Assembly: GCA_043809585.1 (NCBI GenBank)
Contig: JBDROZ010000042.1
Coordinates: forward strand, 1 to 64,000
Length of the DNA stretch: 64,000 nucleotides
Source of the DNA: Candidatus Eiseniibacteriota bacterium
GTDB taxonomy: Bacteria > Orphanbacterota > Orphanbacteria > Orphanbacterales > Orphanbacteraceae
Direction: 5' to 3'
The notes below the pieces were generated by a model that was given only the letters and a program-made list of their open reading frames with translations, was not told the origin of the DNA and did not search any database. Of the stretch, positions 51,057 through 60,984 are shown piece after piece (positions within the stretch are counted from its first letter, which is position 1; every line of letters starts with the position of its first letter). The position numbers and the translations under genes were made by a program.

Positions 51057-51980
51057 CTACGTTCCCAGCTCCGCCCGGAGCGTCTCATCCAGATCACCGT
51101 GCAAGAACTCGAACCCCGCTTCAATGAGCCGGGTGGGACGGGCGCGGGTGCTCGCGAGGAGCGTCTCCCGGCCCATCCTTCCGAAGAGAAGGGAAATGGC
51201 GAAGGCGGGGACCCGGAAGAACGCGGGGCGGCCGAGGGCGGCGGCGAGGGAGCGCGTGAAGTCGGCGTTCGTGACCGCTTCGGGGAGGACGGCGTTCCAT
51301 GGCCCGTCGGCGCCCTCGCGGTCGGCCAGGAAGAGGAGGACCCGGACGAGATCGGCGAGGCCGATGCAACTCATGTACTGCCTGCCCGAACCGATCGGTC
51401 CGCCGAGACCGAGGCGGAAGGGGAGGAGCATCTTGGCGACGGCGCCCCCTTTCGGCGTGAGTACGACTCCGGTGCGCGGATGAACGACGCGGATCCCCGC
51501 CTTTCGGGCCGGGTCCGCCGCCCTTTCCCACGCAGCGCACACCTCGGCGAGAAACCCCGTCCCTCGCGTACTCTCCTCGGTCACGATCCCGTCCCCCCGG
51601 TCGCCGTAGTAACCGACGGCCGAGGCGGAGACGAAGACCCGGGGCTTTCGTTCGAGAGAGGCGAGGGTTTCCGCGAGGAGACCGGTTCCCTTCACGCGGC
51701 TCTCACGGATCGCCGTCATCCGGGCCTCGGTCCACCGTCCGGATGCGAGGCTCTCCCCGGCGAGATTCACGACGGCATCGACCCCTTCGAGCGCCTTCCC
51801 GTCGATCTCCCCCGATCGGGGATTCCAGTAAACCTCGTTTACGTCGCCTGCCGGTTTCCTCCGCACCAGGCGGAGCGCCCGGTCCCCACGCTCTTCGATC
51901 GCCCGGACCAGCGCCGACCCGATCAGCCCCGACGCGCCTCCGACGGCGAAGACCCTTGGCCGGTGGGCGCCGTCAGTCAT
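51057..51980 (-). CDS. TIGR01777/YfcH-like NAD-dependent epimerase
   Basis: GGASGLIG, VVNLAGE, SASAVGYYG, GLGGPIGSGRQ, VTNADF. Confidence 0.88.
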   Translation of the reverse strand: MTDGAHRPRVFAVGGASGLIGSALVRAIEERGDRALRLVRRKPAGDVNEVYWNPRSGEIDGKALEGVDAVVNLAGESLASGRWTEARMTAIRESRVKGTGLLAETLASLERKPRVFVSASAVGYYGDRGDGIVTEESTRGTGFLAEVCAAWERAADPARKAGIRVVHPRTGVVLTPKGGAVAKMLLPFRLGLGGPIGSGRQYMSCIGLADLVRVLLFLADREGADGPWNAVLPEAVTNADFTRSLAAALGRPAFFRVPAFAISLLFGRMGRETLLASTRARPTRLIEAGFEFLHGDLDETLRAELGT

Positions 51981-52071
51981 CGTCCCGCGCTCCTTTTCGT
52001 GATCTCCGGATCGTTCCGCCAGAGCAGGGCATTCTCGATCTGCTTCTCTTTGTCGAGGGGGACGAGCCGGG

Positions 52072-52219
52072 GGGGGATGGGGACACAATACCGAATACCC
52101 AATTGGGGGGGGATGGGGACACAATACCGAATAGCCAATTGAGTATTGTGTCCCCCGAATAGCGAATTGAGTATTGTGTCCCCCGAATAGCCAATTGAGT
52201 ATTGTGTCCCCCGAATTCC
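52072..52219. repeat. REP-like cluster: two GGGGACACAATAC units followed by three inverted 28-bp tandem units
   Basis: GAGTATTGTGTCCCCCGAAT(AGC.AATT) at 52141, 52169, 52197. Confidence 0.85.
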
Positions 52220-52239
52220 TCTTTCGTTCTCGGACAGGG

Positions 52240-53256
52240 CTAGTACGAGAACTTGCCGATTTCGACCTTCCCCCGGAAGACCCAGTAGATCACGGCCGTG
52301 TAGGCGAGGACGAAGGGCATCCCGACGATGGCGATGACCCGCATGATGCCGAGGGTCTTCGCCGACGAGGCGGCGTTGTAGACGTCCAGGCTCCACTCCG
52401 GGCTTAGGCTCGACACGACAAGATTCGGAAAGAGGGCGACGCCGAAGAGGAAGACCAGCGCCGCGATGGTCGCCGATGACGAAAGGAACGCGTACCCCGG
52501 CCGCCCCTGAAAGATCGCCCGGGGAATGTTGGCGATGGCGAGCACGTTCAGGACCACCACCGCCCAGCCCCACGGCAGGTCCCGGAAGTGGCGGATCGCG
52601 TCGGGCACGAGGGCGAGGGTGAAGATCGTGGTGAGCAGATAGAGCGCGAGGAAGATCCCGAAGGTGCGCCACATCCACCCCCGCATCCGCTCCTGCAGCG
52701 CCCCCTCCGTTTTCAGATAGAGATAGATCGACCCGTGCATCGCGAAGATGGCGACCGCGAAGAGCCCGACCAGGAGCGGATAGGGGCCGAGGAGATCGAA
52801 GAACGATCCCGCGAACTCCATGTCCGGGCCGATCGGCATTCCCTTGATCAAGTTGCCGACGGCGACCCCGAAGAGAAGCGTCGCCGCGGCGCTCGCGGCG
52901 AAGAACGCGCCGTCCCAGAACGACCGCCACCGGGGGGAGTCGTTCTTGCTCCGGAACTCCATCGAAACGGCCCGGAAAATGAGCGCGAAGAGGAGGAACA
53001 TGAACGCGAGATAGAAACCGGAGAATACCGTCGCGTAGGCGTGCGGAAAGGCGGCGAAGAGGGAGCCGCCGAAGGTGACGAGCCACACCTCGTTCCCGTC
53101 CCACAGGGGGCCGATGGAATTCATGAAGACGCGCCGCTCCCCGTCGTTCCGGGCGAGGGGGTGGAGGATTCCGACGCCGAGGTCGAAACCGTCGAGGATG
53201 GCGTATCCCGTGAGCAGGATGCCGAGCACGCCGAACCAGAACATGTTCAGGTCCAT
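52240..53256 (-). CDS. cydB: Cytochrome bd oxidase subunit II
   Basis: YAILDGFDLGVG, IGPLWDGNEVWLV, AFPHAYA, FRGKV. Confidence 0.95.
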   Translation of the reverse strand: MDLNMFWFGVLGILLTGYAILDGFDLGVGILHPLARNDGERRVFMNSIGPLWDGNEVWLVTFGGSLFAAFPHAYATVFSGFYLAFMFLLFALIFRAVSMEFRSKNDSPRWRSFWDGAFFAASAAATLLFGVAVGNLIKGMPIGPDMEFAGSFFDLLGPYPLLVGLFAVAIFAMHGSIYLYLKTEGALQERMRGWMWRTFGIFLALYLLTTIFTLALVPDAIRHFRDLPWGWAVVVLNVLAIANIPRAIFQGRPGYAFLSSSATIAALVFLFGVALFPNLVVSSLSPEWSLDVYNAASSAKTLGIMRVIAIVGMPFVLAYTAVIYWVFRGKVEIGKFSY

Positions 53257-53262
53257 CGTTCA

Positions 53263-53478
53263 ACCTCGATTCTTCAAACAAACCACCAGTCTTTTGCCGG
53301 CTTGGGGAGCCTGGGGGTTAGGCTTAAGCGGCGAGTTCCGCAGCGCGCCGGCCTCATTCTGTATGACGGAACGCCTCGATGCCTGGGCCGGCGCGCGAGG
53401 ACTGTTCGAGCAAGCCGGCCCTGATCCCCTCGGTCCCGCCCACCGAATCCGGGGCCGTAGTTCCCGCAAGATCAAGGT
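53263..53478. mobile_element. 216-bp MITE-like insertion between cydA and cydB
   Basis: Minus-strand ends ACCTTGATCTT / AGAATCGAGGT match the 20530 element; TG on both sides. Confidence 0.7.
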
Positions 53479-54917
53479 CAAGCCCCCTTTCGGTCCGAGG
53501 CGCTTTCGCCGCCGGTCATGGAGTGCCCGTTTCCCGCCGCCCCCTTCACGAAACCGGTCCGCGGGTCTTCAAGGCCGCCCGGCCCGCCGGCCGGCTCCGG
53601 TCCGTGCTGGATCTTGCCGTTCATCACCCAGACCCAGATGATGAAGAGCAGGAGGTAGATCAGGGAGTAGAGCACGATCGAGCCGAGCACCTGGGAGCCG
53701 GGCACCGACTTCGACACGGCGTCGCCCGTCCGGAGCAGGCCGTAGACGATCCACGGCTGGCGGCCCACCTCGGCGGCGACCCAGCCGAGCTGGTTCGCGG
53801 CGTACGGGCCGATCACGGAGAAGACGAAGATCCACATCATCCATCGGAGGTCGAAGAGCCTCCCCCGCCACCGGAGAAAAGCCGCTACGAGGGTGACGGC
53901 GATGAAGTACATGCCGAAAAGGACCATGAGGTGGTAGGTATGAAAGCTGAGCGCCACCGGCGGGCGGAGGTCTTCGCAGAATTGATCGAGGGCGACCACC
54001 GGCCGGGAGGCGTCGCCGTAGATCAGAAAGCTGAGCATCCCCGGGAACCCGATGCCGAGGCGGACCTTCTCCTTCTCGTCGTTCGGGAAACCGTATAGAT
54101 AAAGGGGCGCGCCCCCCTCGACCGTGCGGTAGTGGCCCTCGAAGGCGGCCATCTTCGCCGGTTGCGTTTCCGCCACCGTGACCGCCTGGTCGTGGCCGGA
54201 GAGGAGCTGCCCGAGGGATGCTACGGTCGCCACCACGAGGGCCATGGTGAACGTCTTCTTCGCGAAGTCGAGGTGTTTCCCCTTCAGGATGTACCAGGCC
54301 GCGATGCTCATGGCGAAAAACCCGCCGAGGATGAACGCGCCGATCAGCGTGTGACCGAGCCGGTTCATGCTCGACGGGTTGAAGACGACCGCCCAGAAGT
54401 CGGTGATCTCGGCGCGCATACCCGTCGCCGTCTCCACGAGGTGGAAGCCGGCCGGCGTCTGCTGCCACGAGTTGGCGATCACGATCCAGACGGCGGAAAA
54501 GACGGAGCCGAGGGCGACCATGATCGTCGAGAAGAGGTGCATCCGGGGCGACACCTTGTCCCACCCGAAGACGAGCACGGCGAGAAACCCGGACTCGAGA
54601 AAGAAGGCGAAGATCCCCTCGGCGGCGAGGACGGACCCGAACACGTCCCCGACGAAGCGGGAGTAGGTCGCCCAGTTCGTCCCGAACTGGAATTCCATCA
54701 CGATCCCCGTCGCGACGCCCATGGCGAAGTTGACGGCGAAGATTTTCGTCCAGAACCGGGCCATCGCTTCGTATTGGCGGTCTCCGGTCTTGTGGAACAT
54801 GGCCTCCATGAAGACCATGAGCGCCCCGAGCCCGATCGTGAGGGGGGGGAAGATGTAGTGGAACATGATGGTGAGCGCGAACTGGATTCGCGAAAGAAGA
54901 ACGACGTCCATGTCCAC
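53478..54917 (-). CDS. cydA: Cytochrome bd oxidase subunit I
   Basis: [59 protein letters not shown]. Confidence 0.95.
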   Translation of the reverse strand: MDMDVVLLSRIQFALTIMFHYIFPPLTIGLGALMVFMEAMFHKTGDRQYEAMARFWTKIFAVNFAMGVATGIVMEFQFGTNWATYSRFVGDVFGSVLAAEGIFAFFLESGFLAVLVFGWDKVSPRMHLFSTIMVALGSVFSAVWIVIANSWQQTPAGFHLVETATGMRAEITDFWAVVFNPSSMNRLGHTLIGAFILGGFFAMSIAAWYILKGKHLDFAKKTFTMALVVATVASLGQLLSGHDQAVTVAETQPAKMAAFEGHYRTVEGGAPLYLYGFPNDEKEKVRLGIGFPGMLSFLIYGDASRPVVALDQFCEDLRPPVALSFHTYHLMVLFGMYFIAVTLVAAFLRWRGRLFDLRWMMWIFVFSVIGPYAANQLGWVAAEVGRQPWIVYGLLRTGDAVSKSVPGSQVLGSIVLYSLIYLLLFIIWVWVMNGKIQHGPEPAGGPGGLEDPRTGFVKGAAGNGHSMTGGESASDRKGA

Positions 54918-55134
54918 CTGCGAATACCCCCTTCCCGCTCACGGGGGAATGTAGCCAAGGGCGCGCGGCCTTCTCAAGGGAGGTGAAAAGGGCCGCCGCT
55001 GGTTTTCGAGGAAGGGGCTTTCCCGCACCCGGGGAGAGTGATAGCTTTACCTGCGCCCCGATCGGCGGTTCGGCTCTTTCTCCCGCGCCGCCGGGATTAG
55101 TGGTGAGAATACCGAACATCAGAAGGTTTTGTCC

Positions 55135-56067
55135 ATGGCCGCCGCGAAACGTCCGTACTACCTCTCTCTCGGGCCTTTCGTCCCCTGGCGGGGCGGTCCG
55201 CACCCGTGCGACTGGGCGGGGCGATTCGGCCGGAAGGCCCCCCTCGAATTGGAGATCGGTTTTGGGAACGGGGAGACCCTGGTCGGTCGGGCGGCGGAGT
55301 TTCCGGAGCGGGACTTCGTGGGCATCGAGCTGATGTGGGAATCGGTGAAGCGCGCCCTCCGCCGCATCGCCAAGGGGGGCCTCACGAACGTGGCGCTTCT
55401 CGAGGCGCCGGCCCACATGGTCCTCGAGTGGGCGTTCGCCCCCCGCTCGATCGACCGGGTCCTCTGCCTCTTCCCCTGCCCATGGCCGAAGGAGCGGCAC
55501 GAGCGGAACCGGCTCTTCGGGACGCCCTTCCTCCGGCTCATGAACAGCCGGCTCGAGGATGGCGGAGAGGCGATGGTGGTGACCGACTTCCTCCCCTACC
55601 GGGACTGGCTCCGGCGGCAGATCCCCGGCACCGGATTCGAAGCGGCGGAGAGGGAGATCCCGGCGAGACACGGGACCAAGTACGAACGGAAATGGAGCGA
55701 GCTCGGCCAGGACCGGTTCTTCGAGATCCTCCTGACCAAGAGAGAGCACGTCGGCGTTCCGCCGCGGGAAGGACGGGAGATGAAGATTCACACGCTGGAC
55801 AGGTTCGACCCGTCGCGGTTCGATCCGAAGGGGGTCTCGGGGGAGCCCACGGTCCGGTTCAAGGAGTTCCTCTACGATCCGGCGCGGCGGAAGGGGATGG
55901 TCCGGGTCTTCGTCGGCGAGGAGGGGCTCCGCCAGGAGTTCTGGATCGAGATCGTCGAAGAGGAGGGAGGGGCTTGGAAGGTCCGCCCCGGTCACGGGTG
56001 CTCGATGCTCCCCACCGCGGGGGCCCAGCGGGCGCTCGATTTGGTGAAGGAGTGGGCCGGTGAGTGA
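55135..56067 (+). CDS. trmB: tRNA (guanine-N7)-methyltransferase with C-terminal extension
   Basis: LEIGFGNG, FVGIE, FPCPWPKERH..NRL, VTD, TKYERKW. Confidence 0.85.
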   Translation: MAAAKRPYYLSLGPFVPWRGGPHPCDWAGRFGRKAPLELEIGFGNGETLVGRAAEFPERDFVGIELMWESVKRALRRIAKGGLTNVALLEAPAHMVLEWAFAPRSIDRVLCLFPCPWPKERHERNRLFGTPFLRLMNSRLEDGGEAMVVTDFLPYRDWLRRQIPGTGFEAAEREIPARHGTKYERKWSELGQDRFFEILLTKREHVGVPPREGREMKIHTLDRFDPSRFDPKGVSGEPTVRFKEFLYDPARRKGMVRVFVGEEGLRQEFWIEIVEEEGGAWKVRPGHGCSMLPTAGAQRALDLVKEWAGE

Positions 56068-56707
56068 CCGGAAATCCATCGACGAAATCCGCGAGCGCAT
56101 CGTCGGCGACGGCGTGATCCTCTGCGTCCGTTTCGGGGGGATGGGCGGGGTCGTGGACGCGTGCCGCGCCGCGGCCCGGGGGGGCCTCCGGATTCTCGAG
56201 ATCACGCTCACCACTCCGGGCTGGTCGGAGGTGATCGAGGAGCTTTCGGGCGACAAGGACCTCTCGGTCGGCGGCGGCACGGTGCTCACGGTGGAGGAGG
56301 TCCGGGCGGTCGCGAATGCGGGCGGGCAGTTCGCCCTGTCGCCGGTTTTCGACCCCGCCGTGGTGGATGAGGCCCTCCGCCTCGGACTGCTGCCGATGCC
56401 GGGGGCGGCGACGCCGGGGGAGATTCTCGCCGCCCACCGTCACGGCGCCCCCCTCGTCAAGATCTTCCCGGCGGGGGCCCTCGGCGGACCGGACTATATT
56501 CGCGCGATCCGCGGGCCTCTCCCCCAGGTTCCCCTGGTCCCGACGAGCGGGCCGTCGTCGGAGACGATCGCCGACTACGTCGCCGCGGGGGCCGTCGCCG
56601 TCGGGGTGGGCCGGGAAGTCTTCCCGCCCGGCTTCGATCTCGATGGGGCGGAGGCGGCGGCGCGCCGGGTTCGTTCCGCCATGGACCTCGCGAAGGGAAG
56701 GGTGTGA
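56060..56707 (+). CDS. eda: KDPG/KHG aldolase
   Basis: LEITLTTP, VGGGTVLT, PGAATPGEI, VKIFPA, VPTSG. Confidence 0.85.
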   Translation: MSDRKSIDEIRERIVGDGVILCVRFGGMGGVVDACRAAARGGLRILEITLTTPGWSEVIEELSGDKDLSVGGGTVLTVEEVRAVANAGGQFALSPVFDPAVVDEALRLGLLPMPGAATPGEILAAHRHGAPLVKIFPAGALGGPDYIRAIRGPLPQVPLVPTSGPSSETIADYVAAGAVAVGVGREVFPPGFDLDGAEAAARRVRSAMDLAKGRV

Positions 56708-56979
56708 GACCGGCCCTCTCGGCCACGTACCGGACGGCCCGGCGGGTGGTCGTCGCCGTCGTCGGCGGGACGGTGCTCCTCCTCGGCGTCCTCATGATGA
56801 TCGGCCCCGGTCCGGGGCTCCTCACGGTCGCCGCCGGCCTCGGCATCCTCGGCATCGAGTTCGCCTGGGCCCGCCGGTGGCTCCGCCGCGTGAAGGAAGA
56901 GTCGATCAAGGCGGCGCGAAAAGTGCGGGCGAAGCGGAAGGGCCGCGCGGATCGAAGCCGGCACGGCGCCGCGGATTGA
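56704..56979 (+). CDS. PGPGW-family small membrane protein
   Basis: VGGTVLLLG...GPGPGLL...LGIEFAWARR. Confidence 0.75.
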   Translation: MRPALSATYRTARRVVVAVVGGTVLLLGVLMMIGPGPGLLTVAAGLGILGIEFAWARRWLRRVKEESIKAARKVRAKRKGRADRSRHGAAD

Positions 56980-57042
56980 TCGTCCTGCTCCCCATCGCCT
57001 TCGGCGACGGAGATTTGTGCACAATCCAGGCTCGCCCCCCCG

Positions 57043-57939
57043 TCACCCGAAAAAGACGAGCGCCACGCCGAGGGCGCCGGCCGCGAGGCCGGCGATTCGT
57101 TTCTTGGTCACGGGCTCTTTGAGCAGAAAGGCGGCGAGGAGGAAGGTCCAGAGCGTCGACGTCTGGTTGAGGGCGGACGCGATCGACGCGAGGGTGTATT
57201 TCATCCCGGCCAGCCAGAAGAGCAGGGAGACGTAGGTACCGAGGATCGATCCGGGGATCATGACGGGCCAGACCTTCGGGTTCCGGAGCGTCGCGAGGGC
57301 GCGGCGCCTCCCGGGAAGGAGGGGGAGGAGGAGGACGCTCATGGCGAGCCCGCCGAGGAGACGCCAGCAGTTCGCCCACAGAATGGGGTAGTCGCCGAGC
57401 AGCGGCTTGATCATGACGATCGAGACGCCCTGGGTCGACGTGGCGAGCACGCCGAAGAGGATACCCGCCACGAGGGTCCGCCGGGGCAGCTCCGACCGGG
57501 GTCCCCCCATCCATCCCACGGATAGCACCGCGTTCAGAATGAAGATCACTCCCACGATCTGGACGGCGCTCATCCGCTCGCCGAGAAAGAGAAAACTGAG
57601 GAGGATGATCGACGGGCTGTACGACGTGGTGATGATCGCCTGCAGCCCCGCGCCGACCCGGTTCAGGGTCATGAAGAACAACGTGTCCGAGATCCCGATG
57701 CCGAGGGCGCCGCTCGCGAGGAGGAGAATGGTATCCCCCCTCGGGACCGGCCCCTCGGGAGATTGCCCGGCGAGGAGCAGGGTTCCGAAGAAGAGAACGA
57801 TGGCGAGCACGTTCTTGAACAAGTTGAGCGCGAGAGCGGGGACCGACTCGCCCGTCTTCCGGAAGAGGATGATCGCGAAGGACCAGCAGACCGGCGCCGC
57901 GAGGGCGAACATCTCTCCGATGTAGGGAACGTCGGTCAT
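57043..57939 (-). CDS. DMT/EamA family transporter
   Basis: About 10 TM segments in two repeats ending FLGE and LLKE. Confidence 0.85.
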   Translation of the reverse strand: MTDVPYIGEMFALAAPVCWSFAIILFRKTGESVPALALNLFKNVLAIVLFFGTLLLAGQSPEGPVPRGDTILLLASGALGIGISDTLFFMTLNRVGAGLQAIITTSYSPSIILLSFLFLGERMSAVQIVGVIFILNAVLSVGWMGGPRSELPRRTLVAGILFGVLATSTQGVSIVMIKPLLGDYPILWANCWRLLGGLAMSVLLLPLLPGRRRALATLRNPKVWPVMIPGSILGTYVSLLFWLAGMKYTLASIASALNQTSTLWTFLLAAFLLKEPVTKKRIAGLAAGALGVALVFFG

Positions 57940-58392
57940 CCGGTTCTGCTCACTCCGAAGTTACCGGCCCCGGATTGCTGGAACTCGGGGACGTAGCCGC
58001 GTTGCGTGCGTCATGGGGCTTCACTTCATTGGGAACCTGACGTGCATTTTCGAAACGCACCCGACGCAAGTGTCGCACCTACGCCCCCCCCTCCCCCCCC
58101 CGAGTCGTCGGAGGAAGAAGGGTTCGATCCCCGGCGGTCGCCCGGACCGGCAAACCGTCCCGGGAGGCCGGATCCCGGAGACCCGGCCATTGTACTCCCG
58201 GCCGAAGCGCCGTCGAATATCATTCCCCGCCGTCCTGGCCGAGTTGTCGCCGCCCGCGCCAGAGGATAAGCTGAGAAACGGGGGAGGGATCGCCCTCCGG
58301 GCCGCCCATCCCGCGCTCCGCACCCCGGCCGGCCGGAACCCGCCGGTTTCTCCTCTTGCATTCCACCCCCGTCCGATGGAAAGGAGGGCGCC

Positions 58393-58857
58393 ATGCCGGC
58401 CCGCAAGCTGAAGGAGTTCCTCGACCGGAACAAGGTCAAGTACGTGACCGTCGTTCACTCCCCGGCCTACACGGCCCAGGAGGTAGCCGCCTCCGCCCAT
58501 GTCCGGGGGAAGGAGATGGCCAAGACGGTGATCGTCAAAATCGACGGCAGGCTCGCCATGGCCGTCCTCCCCGCCGCGCAGAAAGTGGATGTGGAGAAGC
58601 TCCGGGATGCGACCGGGGCGGGCCATGTGCTGCTCGCGAGCGAAAGGGACTTCGAGGACGCCTTCCCGGGATGCGAACTCGGGGCCATGCCCCCCTTCGG
58701 AAATCTCTACGACATGGATGTCTACGTCGCCACGCGGCTCGCCGAGGATGACGAGATCGTCTTCAACGCGGGCACCCACACCGAGCTTGTCCGCATGAAA
58801 TTCGCCGATTTCGAGAGGCTGGTGAAGCCGAAGGTAATGAGACTGTCGGTGGCGTGA
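58393..58857 (+). CDS. YbaK/EbsC aminoacyl-tRNA deacylase family protein
   Basis: MAKTVIV, LASE, GCELGAMPPFG, FNAGTH. Confidence 0.88.
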   Translation: MPARKLKEFLDRNKVKYVTVVHSPAYTAQEVAASAHVRGKEMAKTVIVKIDGRLAMAVLPAAQKVDVEKLRDATGAGHVLLASERDFEDAFPGCELGAMPPFGNLYDMDVYVATRLAEDDEIVFNAGTHTELVRMKFADFERLVKPKVMRLSVA

Positions 58858-58892
58858 GGGTGCACGTCCGGAGGAACTCGAGGCTCCGCCGC

Positions 58893-59160
58893 GGAATACG
58901 GGGGACACGAAACGAGTTCATGTCCCCCGCATTCCGCCCGTATCGAAGGGCTCGGGCGGAACCAGTCCCCCACTCACTCCGATGTGACTATTCTCCTCGG
59001 ACTCCTCCTCGGCACCCTGGAATGGTCCTGCTCGTAAGCAGTATCCGTCCGGAGGGGCTTGAGGGTCCGCCGCGGAGGAATACGGGGGACACGAAACGAG
59101 TTCATGTCCCCCGCATTCCGCCCGTATCGAAGGGCTCGGGCGGAACCAGTCCCCCACTCA
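58893..59160. repeat. 84-bp perfect direct repeat (58893-58976, 59077-59160) flanking a family B copy
   Basis: GGAATACGGGGGACACGAAACGAGTTCATGTCCCCCGCATTCC...CCCCACTCA occurs twice. Confidence 0.85.
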
Positions 59161-59338
59161 TTGCAAAGCCACGAGCGCGGTAAGACTGATGAGGAGCCCA
59201 CGTGCCCAGGTGGGCGGACGACTCTCTCCCCTCCACCGCCGGGATTCGTCCGGCCTTTCCTGCCGGTCCCCGGTTCGACCCTTCGATACACCGCGGCCTT
59301 CAGCCGCGGCACTCAGGGCGAACGGGGGGCGTGATTCA

Positions 59339-59500
59339 GGCGGGGCGGTGGATCGGAGGAGGGAGGGGATCGGGGCGGACTGGGACGCTCGTCGTGCTAC
59401 GGAAGATAACCCTCCCATTCTCCGGCCTCGTACGGCTAGCGCTGTGCAGGCCGCCAACAACTCCCCGGTTATGCCCCGTCCCTTCCCGATGCCGGTCCCC
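59339..59500 (-). repeat. Dispersed repeat family A copy
   Basis: Matches 42908-43070 and the reverse complement of 8593-8752. Confidence 0.8.
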
Positions 59501-59531
59501 GGCCCGCCGTCCGAGTTTCGAAGCCCGCCCC

Positions 59532-60959
59532 CTACCGGTCCCGCACCACCAGCATCCGGATCTCCGACATGTCCTCCATCGCGAACCGTACCCCTTCCCG
59601 CCCCAGCCCGCTCTCCTTCACGCCCCCGTACGGCATGTGATCGACCCGCCACGACGGCACGTCGCCGATGACGACACCGCCCACTTCGAGCCGGTCCCAC
59701 GCCCGGTTCGCCTTGTGGATATCCCGGGTGAAGACCCCCGCCTGAAGACCGAATACGCTGTCGTTGATCTCGCGGAGGGCCTCGTCGAAATCCCGAAACA
59801 TCGAGAGCACCGCCACCGGCCCGAACGCCTCGAGGGCGCAGACATTCTCTTTCTTCGGCACGTTCTCGAGAAGCGTCGCCTCGAGCATCGCCCCCTTCCG
59901 GCCGCCGCCGCAGAGCAGTTCCGCACCCCCGCTCACCGCCGACTCGATCCACCCGTGCAACCGCTCCGCCTCCTTCTCGGAGATCATCGGTCCGATGAAC
60001 GTTTTCTCGTCCTTCGGGTCCCCCGCCTTCAGCCCCCGGGTCGCCTCGACGAGCTGGTCCCGGAAGTTCCCGTACAGCCGCTCATGGACCAGGATACGTT
60101 GCACGCTGATGCAGCTCTGCCCCGACTGATAGAACGCGCCGAAGACGATCCGCTCCACCGCGTCCTCCACGTCGACCCCCTCGTCGACGATGACGCCCGC
60201 GTTGCCGCCGAGCTCGAGCACCACTTTCTTCCTTCCCGCCTTCGCCTTCAGGTCCCAGCCGACGCCGGGCGACCCGGTGAAGCTGAGCAGCTTGAGCCGC
60301 TCGTCCTCGGTGAAGAGGGCGGCGCCGTCCCGCCGGCAGGGGAGGATCGAAAACGCCCCCTTCGGCAGGTCCGTCTCGGCGAGGATCTCGCCGATGATGA
60401 GCGCCCCCACCGGTGTCAGGCTCGCCGGTTTCAGCACGAAAGGGCAGCCGACGGCGAGGGCGGGCGCCACTTTGTGGGCGACCAGATTGAGAGGGAAATT
60501 GAACGGCGAGATGAAGGAGCAGGGGCCGATGGGGACGCGCTTCCACATCCCCCGGTACCCGCGCGTGCGGGGGCTGATATCGAGGGGCATCACGCGGCCG
60601 AGATCGGAAGCCGTCTCCTTCGCGGCGATCTTGAAGGTGTCGATCAGCCGCGTCACCTCGCCCCGGCTATCCTTGATCGGTTTGCCCGCCTCGACGCACA
60701 GGGAGAGGGCGAGCTCGTCGAACCGCTCCGTGAAGCGGCGGACGCAGTGGTTCAGGACCTCCTCCCGCTCGTAGGCGGGAAGCGACGCCATCGCTTCGTT
60801 CGCCTCCACGGCCCTCCCGATCGCCTCGTCGATCGCCGCGGCGTCCGCCAGGGCGACCCGGGCCGCGACCTTTCCCGTGTACTTGTCGGTCACCTCGAGG
60901 TCCCTGTTCGGCCTCCTCGGTTCGCTCCCGAGATAGTAGGGATACGATTCTTCCGTCAT
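59532..60959 (-). CDS. Aldehyde dehydrogenase family protein
   Basis: ISPFNFPLNL, LKPA, FTGS, LELGGNA, GQSCISVQR, EAFGPV, MPYGGVKESG. Confidence 0.92.
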   Translation of the reverse strand: MTEESYPYYLGSEPRRPNRDLEVTDKYTGKVAARVALADAAAIDEAIGRAVEANEAMASLPAYEREEVLNHCVRRFTERFDELALSLCVEAGKPIKDSRGEVTRLIDTFKIAAKETASDLGRVMPLDISPRTRGYRGMWKRVPIGPCSFISPFNFPLNLVAHKVAPALAVGCPFVLKPASLTPVGALIIGEILAETDLPKGAFSILPCRRDGAALFTEDERLKLLSFTGSPGVGWDLKAKAGRKKVVLELGGNAGVIVDEGVDVEDAVERIVFGAFYQSGQSCISVQRILVHERLYGNFRDQLVEATRGLKAGDPKDEKTFIGPMISEKEAERLHGWIESAVSGGAELLCGGGRKGAMLEATLLENVPKKENVCALEAFGPVAVLSMFRDFDEALREINDSVFGLQAGVFTRDIHKANRAWDRLEVGGVVIGDVPSWRVDHMPYGGVKESGLGREGVRFAMEDMSEIRMLVVRDR

Positions 60960-60984
60960 GGTCTTGTTCCCTTCCGATGAGGGG

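Noticed and set aside
52072-52219. 28-bp repeats resembling a CRISPR array
   Set aside because: Units are directly tandem with no unique spacers, orientation flips midway, and there are no cas genes
58893-59160. Repeat-spacer-repeat as a mini CRISPR
   Set aside because: The repeat is 84 bp and the intervening sequence is itself a dispersed repeat
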